Of a DNA stretch of 64,000 bases, positions 1 to 8,019 are shown piece by piece. This DNA is from Treponemataceae bacterium (GTDB lineage Bacteria > Spirochaetota > Spirochaetia > Treponematales > Rectinemataceae): positions 480,001 to 544,000 of the forward strand of contig CAXXGJ010000038.1 of NCBI GenBank assembly GCA_963677895.2. The letters are read 5' to 3'. A program made the position numbers and the translations under genes. Position 1 is the first letter of the stretch. Each line of letters starts with the position of its first letter. The notes under the pieces were generated by a model. That model saw only the letters and a program-made list of their open reading frames with translations, made no database searches and had not been told where the DNA came from.

Positions 1-284
1 ATCCCCATCTCAAGGGCAAGGTACTGTTGGGAGAAGGAATCATCGGCGGACTTTCTCTTGAAGGCGGCTACGAGAAATACTTCATCGGAAGGGAGACCGG
101 GATCTTCGACGACCTGATCGATCCCCAGGACGCGGTGATAGGATTCGGCGTGAACTACAAGACTGGCGCGACGGTTCTGACCCTCCGCTATACCTATAGC
201 TGGAATCCGTCCAAGGTCAACGACGACAGCTCGATCGGCGGCTTCGACGTAAGCTCTTCGCTGAGCGCGTCGGTGCGCTTCTGA
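1..284 (+). CDS. 3' end of a putative outer-membrane beta-barrel protein (truncated at window edge)
   Basis: Amphipathic beta-strand pattern; ends SASVRF (C-terminal Phe), like the next gene. Confidence 0.6.
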   Translation, partial: PHLKGKVLLGEGIIGGLSLEGGYEKYFIGRETGIFDDLIDPQDAVIGFGVNYKTGATVLTLRYTYSWNPSKVNDDSSIGGFDVSSSLSASVRF

Positions 285-304
285 GCCGGAAAGGGAGGCA
301 AACA

Positions 305-1831
305 ATGAAACGAATCTTGTCAATCATAGTCCTGCTGGCATTGCTGGCGCCCGCTGCCGTTTTCGCCCAAGCCGGCGGAGGAGGCCCCGGCGAGGCCTTC
401 ATGAACTGGCTGCGAGACAACATGGGCATGGAGATAGGCTCCGTCAGCATAGACGGGACCAGCTATTCCAAGGTCGTTCTTTCCCCGGAAGTGAGGATCG
501 GAAGACTTAAGCTCGGTCTGTATCTGCCCGTCATCTATACCGACGACCTTTTCAATCCCGGATCCTGGTACCAGCCGGGCGGAAACAATGAGTGGGATTT
601 TGGCGGCAGATATTGGAGCACTGGGGACACTTTCGGCGGCATAATGGACGTAGCCGCTGATATAATCCTCAAAGTAAAATACCTCGAATACGGCCAACCC
701 CTCGATGATCCCTTCTTCGTCAAGGTGGGCAACCTCCACGGCCTCACCATCGGCCATGGCCTGATAATGCGCAATTACCGCAACGACACCGATTTCCCCA
801 GCATCAGGCGCACGGGCGTGAACACGGGCATCGATTTCGGAAGCGTCGGCTTCGAAGCCCTCGCTAACGACCTGCCCGTCCCAGAAATCGCCGGCGCCCG
901 CCTGTATTTCCGCCCGATCAAGAAATCCAAGCTGGCTTTCGGCGTCTCCGCCGTGGCCGACTTCGCCGCTGCCAAAGATCTGGCGGGCACGGCCTACAGC
1001 GCGGCCGCCGACAACTTCGTGTTCGTCGGAACCGGCGTGGACCTCGACCTGCCCATCATCAAGTCCAACGAAATCATGAGTCTCAGGGCCTTCGCGGACG
1101 CTTCCGTGACCATCCCCTATGTCAAAACGGCCTTCACGAGCAACTCGACGCTCATCCCGAGCGGTTTCCAGACCGACCTCGTATGGGACGGCAGTCCCAA
1201 GAACTGGGGAGCGGCGGCAGGATTCCTCGGCAATGTCCTTTTCATCGACTGGAGACTGGAATACAGGTACTTCACCGGCATCTTCAGGCCCGCTTTCTTC
1301 GATTCCACCTACGAGCGCAGCCGTTCGAACTATGTGATGGACTATATCAGTTATCTCGACGGAACGAATTCCATTTCCACGGCGCCTACGGTCATGGGCA
1401 TCTACGGCGAAGCCGGCTTCTCCCTCTTCAAGGAAAAGCTCACGCTGTCGGCCGGCTATATGTGGCCATGGGATCCGTCGACGGGCTTCTCCTTCAGCGA
1501 CGTCGCCGACGATGAACTCCACGCCGGTTTCACCATCAAGAAGGGGCTCATCCCCATCGTCGACGTAGCGGGAGCCGTATATTACGACAAGCGGGGCCTC
1601 GTCAATTCGCTCATGGACGGCACTTTCGCGTTCTTCGACGAGCAGACGGCCTTCGCGGGCGAGATAGAGATTCCGATACCCAAGACGCCCAACCTCGCGA
1701 TCGGCTTGATTTTCAAGGCTATAGCGGTCAGGGACACGACGACAGGCAATATCAAGTATATCAACAATGACCCAACCCAGGGCGTGAGGATGGCCCCCAC
1801 CGTCACGATCGAGACAAGGGTCAGGTTCTAG
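305..1831 (+). CDS. Exported, putative outer-membrane beta-barrel protein
   Basis: SD GGGAGG; signal peptide MKRILSIIVLLALLAPAAVFA; Gly/aromatic-rich beta-strands; ends ETRVRF. Confidence 0.7.
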   Translation: MKRILSIIVLLALLAPAAVFAQAGGGGPGEAFMNWLRDNMGMEIGSVSIDGTSYSKVVLSPEVRIGRLKLGLYLPVIYTDDLFNPGSWYQPGGNNEWDFGGRYWSTGDTFGGIMDVAADIILKVKYLEYGQPLDDPFFVKVGNLHGLTIGHGLIMRNYRNDTDFPSIRRTGVNTGIDFGSVGFEALANDLPVPEIAGARLYFRPIKKSKLAFGVSAVADFAAAKDLAGTAYSAAADNFVFVGTGVDLDLPIIKSNEIMSLRAFADASVTIPYVKTAFTSNSTLIPSGFQTDLVWDGSPKNWGAAAGFLGNVLFIDWRLEYRYFTGIFRPAFFDSTYERSRSNYVMDYISYLDGTNSISTAPTVMGIYGEAGFSLFKEKLTLSAGYMWPWDPSTGFSFSDVADDELHAGFTIKKGLIPIVDVAGAVYYDKRGLVNSLMDGTFAFFDEQTAFAGEIEIPIPKTPNLAIGLIFKAIAVRDTTTGNIKYINNDPTQGVRMAPTVTIETRVRF

Positions 1832-1888
1832 CGCATCGCCCTCCCGCGCTTCCCAATGGAAGACGGGCAAGGAAAAATCAGGATTTTT

Positions 1889-1918
1889 GGACGCCCCTCC
1901 CCGGGGCGTCCTTTTTTT
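1889..1918 (+). terminator. Intrinsic terminator
   Basis: GGACGCCCC-tcccc-GGGGCGTCC followed by T7. Confidence 0.85.
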
Positions 1919-1946
1919 AGGCTCGCATAAACGCTATATTGTTGGG

Positions 1947-3686
1947 ATGGCACGCATCCACCTTCTTCCGCCCGAAACCTCCCGCCTCATCGCGGCCGGA
2001 GAAGTGATAGACAGACCCGCGTCGGCCCTGCGGGAACTCATCGACAACGCGATCGACTCGGGCGCCTCCGAAATACGGGTCGACATCGAAAAGGGCGGCA
2101 TCGACCTCATCCGCGTCTCGGACGATGGATTCGGCATGTCCAGGGAAGATCTCGAGCTTTCCATACTCGAACACTCCACCAGCAAGATAGAAAACGCCGA
2201 CGATCTATTGTTGGCCAAAACCCTCGGATTCAGGGGGGAGGCCCTGGCATCCATAGCCGCCGTAGCCCGGCTCGAGATGACCAGCCGAGAAAAAGGCTCG
2301 GAACTGGGCTGGTGTCTCCAGAAAGAACCCGGAAAGGAAGCCTGGCTTTCCCCAGTGGCCGCCAGGGAGGGCACGACGGTATCGGTGAGGGGAATATTCG
2401 AACGCTTCCCCGCCCGCCGCCAGTTCCTGAAACGTCCGGCATCGGAAGCTCTTCTTTGCCGTCAGATATTCGTCGAGCGAGCCCTGGCTCATCCATCGGT
2501 GGCTTTTATCTGGCGTTCCGGGGCGGAAAGCGAACACTTCCCCAAGTCCAGCCAGGAAGACCGGATAGCCCTTCTCTATAGGGAAATTCCCGGAAGCATA
2601 CTCTCGCGCTTCGAGGTGGAGGCGGGGGGCGCCGCCCTGACGCTGATCTACGCCGACCCCTCCTTCCACAGAAAGGACAGGAAATATCTTCAGGTTTTCG
2701 TGAACAGGCGGAAGGTGCCCGAATGGGGATTCATAAGCCTGCTCGAATACGCTTTTTCCGAATACCTCCCCGGCGGCATGAAGCCCTGCGCATTCCTCTT
2801 CGCCGAGATAGATCCTTCGCAGGCCGATTTCAACATTCACCCCGCCAAGAGGGAGGTGAGAATAAAGAATCCTGAACCCATCAAATCCGGATTCTATTCA
2901 GCCTTCAGGGTCCAGCTTCATTCGACGCTGGGAGCCGGGCCAAGCGATATGTCGGCCGGCTTCAGGCAAAATGGCGGAAAAGAAATGGATAGAGTCTTCT
3001 GGGACAAGCCCGCCGCCTCAGGCATCGAAGCGGGAGGGAGCTGGATGAATGAAGCCCCCGGCGCCTCCAGACTGGAAGCCTACAGCGCTCCCCGACAGGA
3101 AGATCCCTTCGCTCCTGGATTGGATGCTCCCTGCGGGAAAGTAGCCTTCCGCTACTTGGGCAAAGCCTTCGGCCCCTTCATCCTCTTCGAAAAAGACGAA
3201 ATCCTCTATGTCCTGGACCAGCACGCTGCCCATGAACGCGTCCTCTACGACAAACTCTCCAAGGCGAAAGCAACCAGCCAGCCTCTCCTCGTGCCCTTCA
3301 TCTTCGAAACCGACGGGGAGGAGGTTTCGCGCAGGCTCGTCGCCGCCCTCCCGGAACTGGAGCGCATGGGCTATGAGATCGAACGGTCCGGCGACAGTTT
3401 CGTCGTCAATGCCGTCCCCTCCTTTCTCGGCGAAAAAGGCCTCCAGGCCCTTGTCGATTGCTTTTCCGAAGATTCGACGGGAGAGATTCCGGCGGAGGAC
3501 CTCCTGGCGACCATGGCATGCCGGGCAGCCGTCAAGGACGGAGACCTCCTGGACGACTTTGCGGCAAGAGAACTCATCGAGAAAGCCCTCGCCCTGCCCT
3601 TTCCCCGCTGTCCCCATGGCAGGCCCGTATGGGTGAAGTTCGACAGGACCGCTCTGTACCGCATGGTGGGGAGAATAACGTCGTGA
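1947..3686 (+). CDS. mutL: DNA mismatch repair protein MutL
   Basis: IAAGEVIDRP, ELIDNAIDSGA, GFRGEALASI, DQHAAHER, CPHGRP. Confidence 0.97.
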   Translation: MARIHLLPPETSRLIAAGEVIDRPASALRELIDNAIDSGASEIRVDIEKGGIDLIRVSDDGFGMSREDLELSILEHSTSKIENADDLLLAKTLGFRGEALASIAAVARLEMTSREKGSELGWCLQKEPGKEAWLSPVAAREGTTVSVRGIFERFPARRQFLKRPASEALLCRQIFVERALAHPSVAFIWRSGAESEHFPKSSQEDRIALLYREIPGSILSRFEVEAGGAALTLIYADPSFHRKDRKYLQVFVNRRKVPEWGFISLLEYAFSEYLPGGMKPCAFLFAEIDPSQADFNIHPAKREVRIKNPEPIKSGFYSAFRVQLHSTLGAGPSDMSAGFRQNGGKEMDRVFWDKPAASGIEAGGSWMNEAPGASRLEAYSAPRQEDPFAPGLDAPCGKVAFRYLGKAFGPFILFEKDEILYVLDQHAAHERVLYDKLSKAKATSQPLLVPFIFETDGEEVSRRLVAALPELERMGYEIERSGDSFVVNAVPSFLGEKGLQALVDCFSEDSTGEIPAEDLLATMACRAAVKDGDLLDDFAARELIEKALALPFPRCPHGRPVWVKFDRTALYRMVGRITS

Positions 3687-4372
3687 AGGAAGTCAAGATT
3701 CTATGCGTGGCCGACGAAGTCGACCTTCTCGTCTATTCCTCGACCGTTCGCCAGCGCTTCGGCGACGTCGATCTCATCCTCTCGGCGGGGGATCTTCCGG
3801 ACGAATACCTTGAGTTCATCACCTCGATGCTCAATAAGCCCATCGTCTCCGTCGCTGGCAACCACGATCCCGTCGACAAAAAGCCGACGAATCTGTTCGC
3901 GAGTTCCTTGGGCATCGAAGACGAAGCCGAAAAGGAGAGAAGCTCGCTCGGAAGAGTGTCCTTCGGCATAAGGAAAGAAGCGGGCGTATCGGTGCTGGGT
4001 CTGCCCGGATCCATGCTCTACAACGGCGGAGCCAATCAATACTCCGACCTTGGCATGAAAATCCGGATTCTCCCGCTCATTCCAAGGCTTTTTCTCCGCA
4101 AGCTCCTTTTTGGGCGCGGCGTGGACATCATCCTCGCCCACTCGCCGCCGAAAGGGATCCACGACGGCAGCGACCGCTGCCACCAGGGCTTCGCGATGTT
4201 CAGATGGCTCATAAAATTCGCGGCGCCGGCATACTTCGTTCATGGACATGTCCATGTCTACGACAGCCGCGAGTTGCGTGAAAAGCAGCTGGGATCGACG
4301 AGCGTCGTCAATGTGTACGGTCATAGGGTTCTTGCCCTGCCAAGGAGACGTGATGGCCAATACCCTGATTGA
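3683..4372 (+). CDS. Calcineurin-like metallophosphoesterase
   Basis: GTG start overlaps mutL stop; motifs AD, AGDL, GNHD, HSPP, HGHVH. Confidence 0.85.
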   Translation: MKEVKILCVADEVDLLVYSSTVRQRFGDVDLILSAGDLPDEYLEFITSMLNKPIVSVAGNHDPVDKKPTNLFASSLGIEDEAEKERSSLGRVSFGIRKEAGVSVLGLPGSMLYNGGANQYSDLGMKIRILPLIPRLFLRKLLFGRGVDIILAHSPPKGIHDGSDRCHQGFAMFRWLIKFAAPAYFVHGHVHVYDSRELREKQLGSTSVVNVYGHRVLALPRRRDGQYPD

Positions 4373-5276
4373 TAGCATGGTGGAGCAGGATTTCTACAAG
4401 GCTCACACCAAGGCGCTGCTATCCCGGATTTCCCATATTTTCCAGCCCTCCGAGGAGGATCTTCTTCCTTTTGACGCGGCCCGCAAACTGCTTAAGCCCG
4501 AAGGCGAGGTATACGCCGGGCTCGCCACGGTTCCTTTGGAAAAAATCGTGGGAAGCGAAGGGCGGTACAGGGACTTCAACCGGCACTTCCTCCCCAGAAA
4601 GGAGCATTTGAAGCAGCGCTGGGTCAGCATAGACAGGACCTATTATCAGGACATAAGCCTGCCGCCCATCAGGCTCTATGAAATGGGGGGCGTATATTTC
4701 GTGCGGGATGGCAACCACAGGGTATCCGTGGCGAGAGCCTTGGGCCAGATCGAGATCGATGCCGAAGTGACCTCCCTCCAGGCAAAAATCAGCCTCAGCA
4801 AGGACATGGGCCTGGATGGGCTGAGAAGAGCCGTTGTGGAGTATGAAAAAAAGCAGTTTTTCGACGAAACGGGCTACCTTGCGATAATCGGCAAGGATGA
4901 TCTCAATTTTTCGGAACCCGGACGATACGACACGATTCGCGAGCATATCGCCGTTCACAAATATTATCTCAATGAGCAGGAATCCAAGGAAATCGAATTT
5001 TCAAGCGCCATGCTTTCCTGGCACGAGAATGTATACCTTCCTATAATCCTCGCCATCGGGGAGGAAAAAATTCTGTCCCTCTTTCCGGGCAGAACCTACG
5101 CCGATCTCTACCTCTTTCTCGTACAGCATTGGGACGAACTCAAACATATGAAAAACAAGGATATCGGCATCGGCTACGCCGTGAGGGACTTCAAGGCGCA
5201 AGTCATCAGAGACAAAGTCCCGATGAAAAACTTTTTTTTGGATGCCATCAGAGAAATATGGAAAAAAATAAAATAA
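4353..5276 (+). CDS. ParB/sulfiredoxin N-terminal-like domain protein (DUF4032-like)
   Basis: SD AGGAG; LPPIRLYEMGGVYFVRDGNHRVSVAR is the ParB/Srx DGxHR motif. Confidence 0.75.
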   Translation: MANTLIDSMVEQDFYKAHTKALLSRISHIFQPSEEDLLPFDAARKLLKPEGEVYAGLATVPLEKIVGSEGRYRDFNRHFLPRKEHLKQRWVSIDRTYYQDISLPPIRLYEMGGVYFVRDGNHRVSVARALGQIEIDAEVTSLQAKISLSKDMGLDGLRRAVVEYEKKQFFDETGYLAIIGKDDLNFSEPGRYDTIREHIAVHKYYLNEQESKEIEFSSAMLSWHENVYLPIILAIGEEKILSLFPGRTYADLYLFLVQHWDELKHMKNKDIGIGYAVRDFKAQVIRDKVPMKNFFLDAIREIWKKIK

Positions 5277-5324
5277 TTTTGCGCTTTCAGTGGTAACTTC
5301 CGGACTAATGCATTACTTTTATTA

Positions 5325-5409
5325 GTGCAGGACGACAGCAATTCGCTTTTCATGCACCTCCTTTTGCGTTGACCGCCGGATATTCCTCCTTATCCGGCGG
5401 TCTTTTTTT
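5325..5409 (+). ncRNA. Candidate small RNA with two anti-Shine-Dalgarno motifs
   Basis: GTGCA/TGCAC hairpin, unpaired CCTCCTTTT, terminator hairpin with TTCCTCCT loop and T-tract. Confidence 0.45.
5371..5409 (+). terminator. Intrinsic terminator
   Basis: 12-bp stem GACCGCCGGATA/TATCCGGCGGTC followed by T7. Confidence 0.9.
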
Positions 5410-5446
5410 GCCTTCGACTCAGGAACCGGCTAAGGCTCCCGCAAGG

Positions 5447-5476
5447 TTGACACAGGAGCCTCCAAACGTATATCTT
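5447..5476 (+). promoter_or_regulatory. Sigma70-type promoter of the small Zn-ribbon gene
   Basis: TTGACA-18 nt-TATCTT. Confidence 0.65.
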
Positions 5477-5501
5477 ATCTCGTCTTTCCAAGGAGAACGC
5501 A

Positions 5502-5672
5502 ATGGCAAATATTTCCAAGAACGCTCGTACTTCCAGCAGCACGCACCACTTCTACTGCCCCTGCGGCGGCGAAGTTAAGATGAAGACAATCTTCGAGAAC
5601 GGCAAGGTTCGCAATGTCGCGGAGTGCGAAAAGTGCAAGCGCGTAGAGCGCAAGCCCAGTGATTTCAGCTGA
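5502..5672 (+). CDS. 56-aa basic zinc-ribbon protein (absent from ORF track)
   Basis: SD AAGGAG; MANISKNARTSSSTHHFYCPCGGEVKMKTIFENGKVRNVAECEKCKRVERKPSDFS; CxC and CxxC. Confidence 0.8.
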   Translation: MANISKNARTSSSTHHFYCPCGGEVKMKTIFENGKVRNVAECEKCKRVERKPSDFS

Positions 5673-5680
5673 TTTCCTGA

Positions 5681-6457
5681 TCAGCCCCTGACGGCCTTGT
5701 CGGGGGCTGCCCTCTCTTTTTTCTCTTCAAGCGATTTTTCTATCAATTCCCGGGCCTTTTCCAGCGTGGCCAAAGATTCCTTTCTGTTCGTGGGCGCGGG
5801 CAGAAGCGCGAGAAAACGCGCCGAATACTCGGTCTTGCCAAACCTTTTGAAAAAATCCCCCAGTTTTGCCACCTGCCAGCCTCCATCCATGGCGACGACG
5901 AGGATAGGCAGAGGCTCTACCTCCAGTATCTTCCGGTAGCCTGCCGAATGGAAGGTTCCCAGGGCTCCGGTCCTGGAGCGCGTGCCTTCAGGGAAAATCA
6001 CCGGGATGGTACCTTCGGTTTTGCATCGCTTGGCCATGGCCGTCACGATTCGCACGGCCTGGAGAGCGTCGCCCTTCCGTCTGACCAGACAATGCCCCGA
6101 TGTGCGCAGGAGCAGCGAAATGAGGGGTATCCCCCATGCGAGTTCCTGTTTCGCGACAAAACGGGACCTCGTTCCCGAAGGCAATATATGCATTATTATT
6201 GGAATGTCTAGAAGGCTCTGATGATTGGAAACGACGAGATAGCGCTTCGGGAGCCTTCCCTCCAGGCGATTCTCCAGACGAACCTTGAATCCCCTATAGG
6301 CGAAAAACATCGAAAAGATGATCTCTATCGCCTTGTCCTCATAGAGCTGAGTCTTCCGTTTGGCCATGGTTTTGGAGCCAAAGATGCGAAATGAGAGCAG
6401 GATGATTTCCCATGAGGCAAACGCGGTCAATATGCAAGCGACGATAATTATATTCAC
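5681..6457 (-). CDS. 1-acyl-sn-glycerol-3-phosphate acyltransferase (PlsC family)
   Basis: NHQSLLD and FPEGTRS motifs. Confidence 0.9.
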   Translation of the reverse strand: MNIIIVACILTAFASWEIILLSFRIFGSKTMAKRKTQLYEDKAIEIIFSMFFAYRGFKVRLENRLEGRLPKRYLVVSNHQSLLDIPIIMHILPSGTRSRFVAKQELAWGIPLISLLLRTSGHCLVRRKGDALQAVRIVTAMAKRCKTEGTIPVIFPEGTRSRTGALGTFHSAGYRKILEVEPLPILVVAMDGGWQVAKLGDFFKRFGKTEYSARFLALLPAPTNRKESLATLEKARELIEKSLEEKKERAAPDKAVRG

Positions 6458-6530
6458 TATGGTTTCTCTGGATACAGGCTAATTCGTTATCCTATTTAAT
6501 CAGAATGCGCGGAGGGAGTCAATTGCAGTC

Positions 6531-6559
6531 TTGACATACTCGGCCCTCTCTGGTAGTTT
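6531..6559 (+). promoter_or_regulatory. Sigma70 promoter for rpsT-HU
   Basis: TTGACA-17 nt-TAGTTT with TG extension. Confidence 0.7.
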
Positions 6560-6625
6560 TCCTAGTCGAATTAACTGACAATACCGGTTCGTTATGAATC
6601 GAGCATCATCCCGGGAGGACTCCCT

Positions 6626-6895
6626 TTGAGCACGAAGAATCTGTCCGCTGAAAAGAGAATGCGACAGGACGAAAAACGCCGCATAAAGAACAAGGGTGTG
6701 AAAAGCGCCATCCGCACCGCTGCCAAGAAGGTTGTTACCGCTTCAGAGAAAAAAGATACGACAGCCGCGAAAGAAGCGCTTCTTGAAATGATCAAGCGCA
6801 TCGACACCGCCGCCGGCAAGGGCATCGTGAAGAAAAACACTGCGGCTCGCAAGAAGTCCAGGATGCAGAAGCTCGTCAACAGACTCGGTGCCTGA
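6626..6895 (+). CDS. rpsT: 30S ribosomal protein S20
   Basis: SAEKRMRQDEKRR, KNTAARKKSR; TTG start after GGGAGG. Confidence 0.97.
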   Translation: MSTKNLSAEKRMRQDEKRRIKNKGVKSAIRTAAKKVVTASEKKDTTAAKEALLEMIKRIDTAAGKGIVKKNTAARKKSRMQKLVNRLGA

Positions 6896-6980
6896 ACCAA
6901 CGCGCTGCTGAACATTTCGGGAAATTCTTCAGTCGGTGCAATGCATCGCTGGTATTTTGGATCATTGGAGTAGAAGCAAA

Positions 6981-7322
6981 ATGGCTGAAAAACTTACCAA
7001 GGCCGAGTTGATCGATGCGCTCTACGCTACCCTTTCTCCTTCGAGCAAGACCACTCGAAAAGAGATACATGAGCTTATCGATGGACTTTTTTCGGAGATA
7101 AAAGGAGCTATTCTCAGTGGCAGAACCGTGGAGCTGCGCGGTTTTGGCACTTTTGAAGTCAAGCTTCGGAAAGGCAGGACCAAGGCCAGGAATCCGAAAA
7201 CCGGTGAAATCGTATCGGTTCAGGACCATGGCGTGGCCGGGTTCAGACCTGGTCGCGAACTCAAGAAGTCCGCATGGGAGATGGATGCCGCCATCATCTC
7301 CAGAACGTTTAAAAAACCCTAA
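6981..7322 (+). CDS. HU/IHF family nucleoid protein (Hbb-like)
   Basis: VELRGFGTF, ARNPKTGE, FRPGRELK; follows rpsT as hbb does in Borrelia. Confidence 0.93.
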   Translation: MAEKLTKAELIDALYATLSPSSKTTRKEIHELIDGLFSEIKGAILSGRTVELRGFGTFEVKLRKGRTKARNPKTGEIVSVQDHGVAGFRPGRELKKSAWEMDAAIISRTFKKP

Positions 7323-7383
7323 AACCACGGCGAAAAGACTCCATAGACCAGAACGGGAACATGAGTAATTGGGCTATTAAGGC

Positions 7384-7419
7384 AAAAAAGGCGAAAACCG
7401 CGATGTTTTCGCCTTTTTT
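7384..7419. terminator. Bidirectional-type intrinsic terminator
   Basis: AAAAAAGGCGAAAAC-cgcgat-GTTTTCGCCTTTTTT. Confidence 0.85.
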
Positions 7420-7458
7420 AAATTGACAGCTCCATTCAGCCATGCAACTATTTTTCGC

Positions 7459-7815
7459 ATGTCAACAAAACGTAAAAAAAAACCGCTTCTGCATTCGACC
7501 GAATTGAGCGCCCACATAAAAATGGAAGGTGATCTGATAACGGACAACAGTCTCCTTATAAAGGGCAGCTACTCAGGATCCATCGCTTCTTCCTCGCATA
7601 TCACTATCGACAAGGAAGCGATCGTCGAATCATGCAGGCTTGCGGCCAAGTCGTTGTCCATCTCCGGCAGGTTCAGCGGCGAAATCAAGGCGGAGACCTT
7701 CGTGGAGATCTGCGACATGGCAAGAGTCAGCGCCGTCATTGAGACGCCCAACATCAGCATCGCCGAAACCTCGCACTTCGAGGGGCGGATTCGAATGCCC
7801 GGAATCGGCGATTGA
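7459..7815 (+). CDS. Bactofilin (polymer-forming cytoskeletal protein)
   Basis: Repeated beta-helix pattern IKMEGDL..LIKGSYSGSI..ISGRFSGEI..FEGRIRM. Confidence 0.85.
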   Translation: MSTKRKKKPLLHSTELSAHIKMEGDLITDNSLLIKGSYSGSIASSSHITIDKEAIVESCRLAAKSLSISGRFSGEIKAETFVEICDMARVSAVIETPNISIAETSHFEGRIRMPGIGD

Positions 7816-7840
7816 CAGATCGGACCGTGAATACTATAGT
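7812..7840 (+). promoter_or_regulatory. Sigma70 promoter of rho
   Basis: TTGACA-17 nt-TATAGT. Confidence 0.8.
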
Positions 7841-8019
7841 AGACGTGACAGTTCGGCTCTGCCTGACCGATAAAAAATTGGGTAGGTGCCATTCCCGGCG
7901 CCGGGTGTTCCGATGCCGGAATTCACTGCTTACATGAATCCATAGACAAACAATGAACAGATGAACGGCCTGACAGCCCTGTCAGGCACGTGCGATATGT
8001 GCTTACAACGGAGTTTTTG

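Noticed and set aside
5174..5353. Minus-strand 59-codon ORF preceded by a perfect AGGAGG SD
   Set aside because: Runs antisense into the ParB-like gene, has no recognisable features, and the T-tract orients the element to the plus strand; not fully excluded
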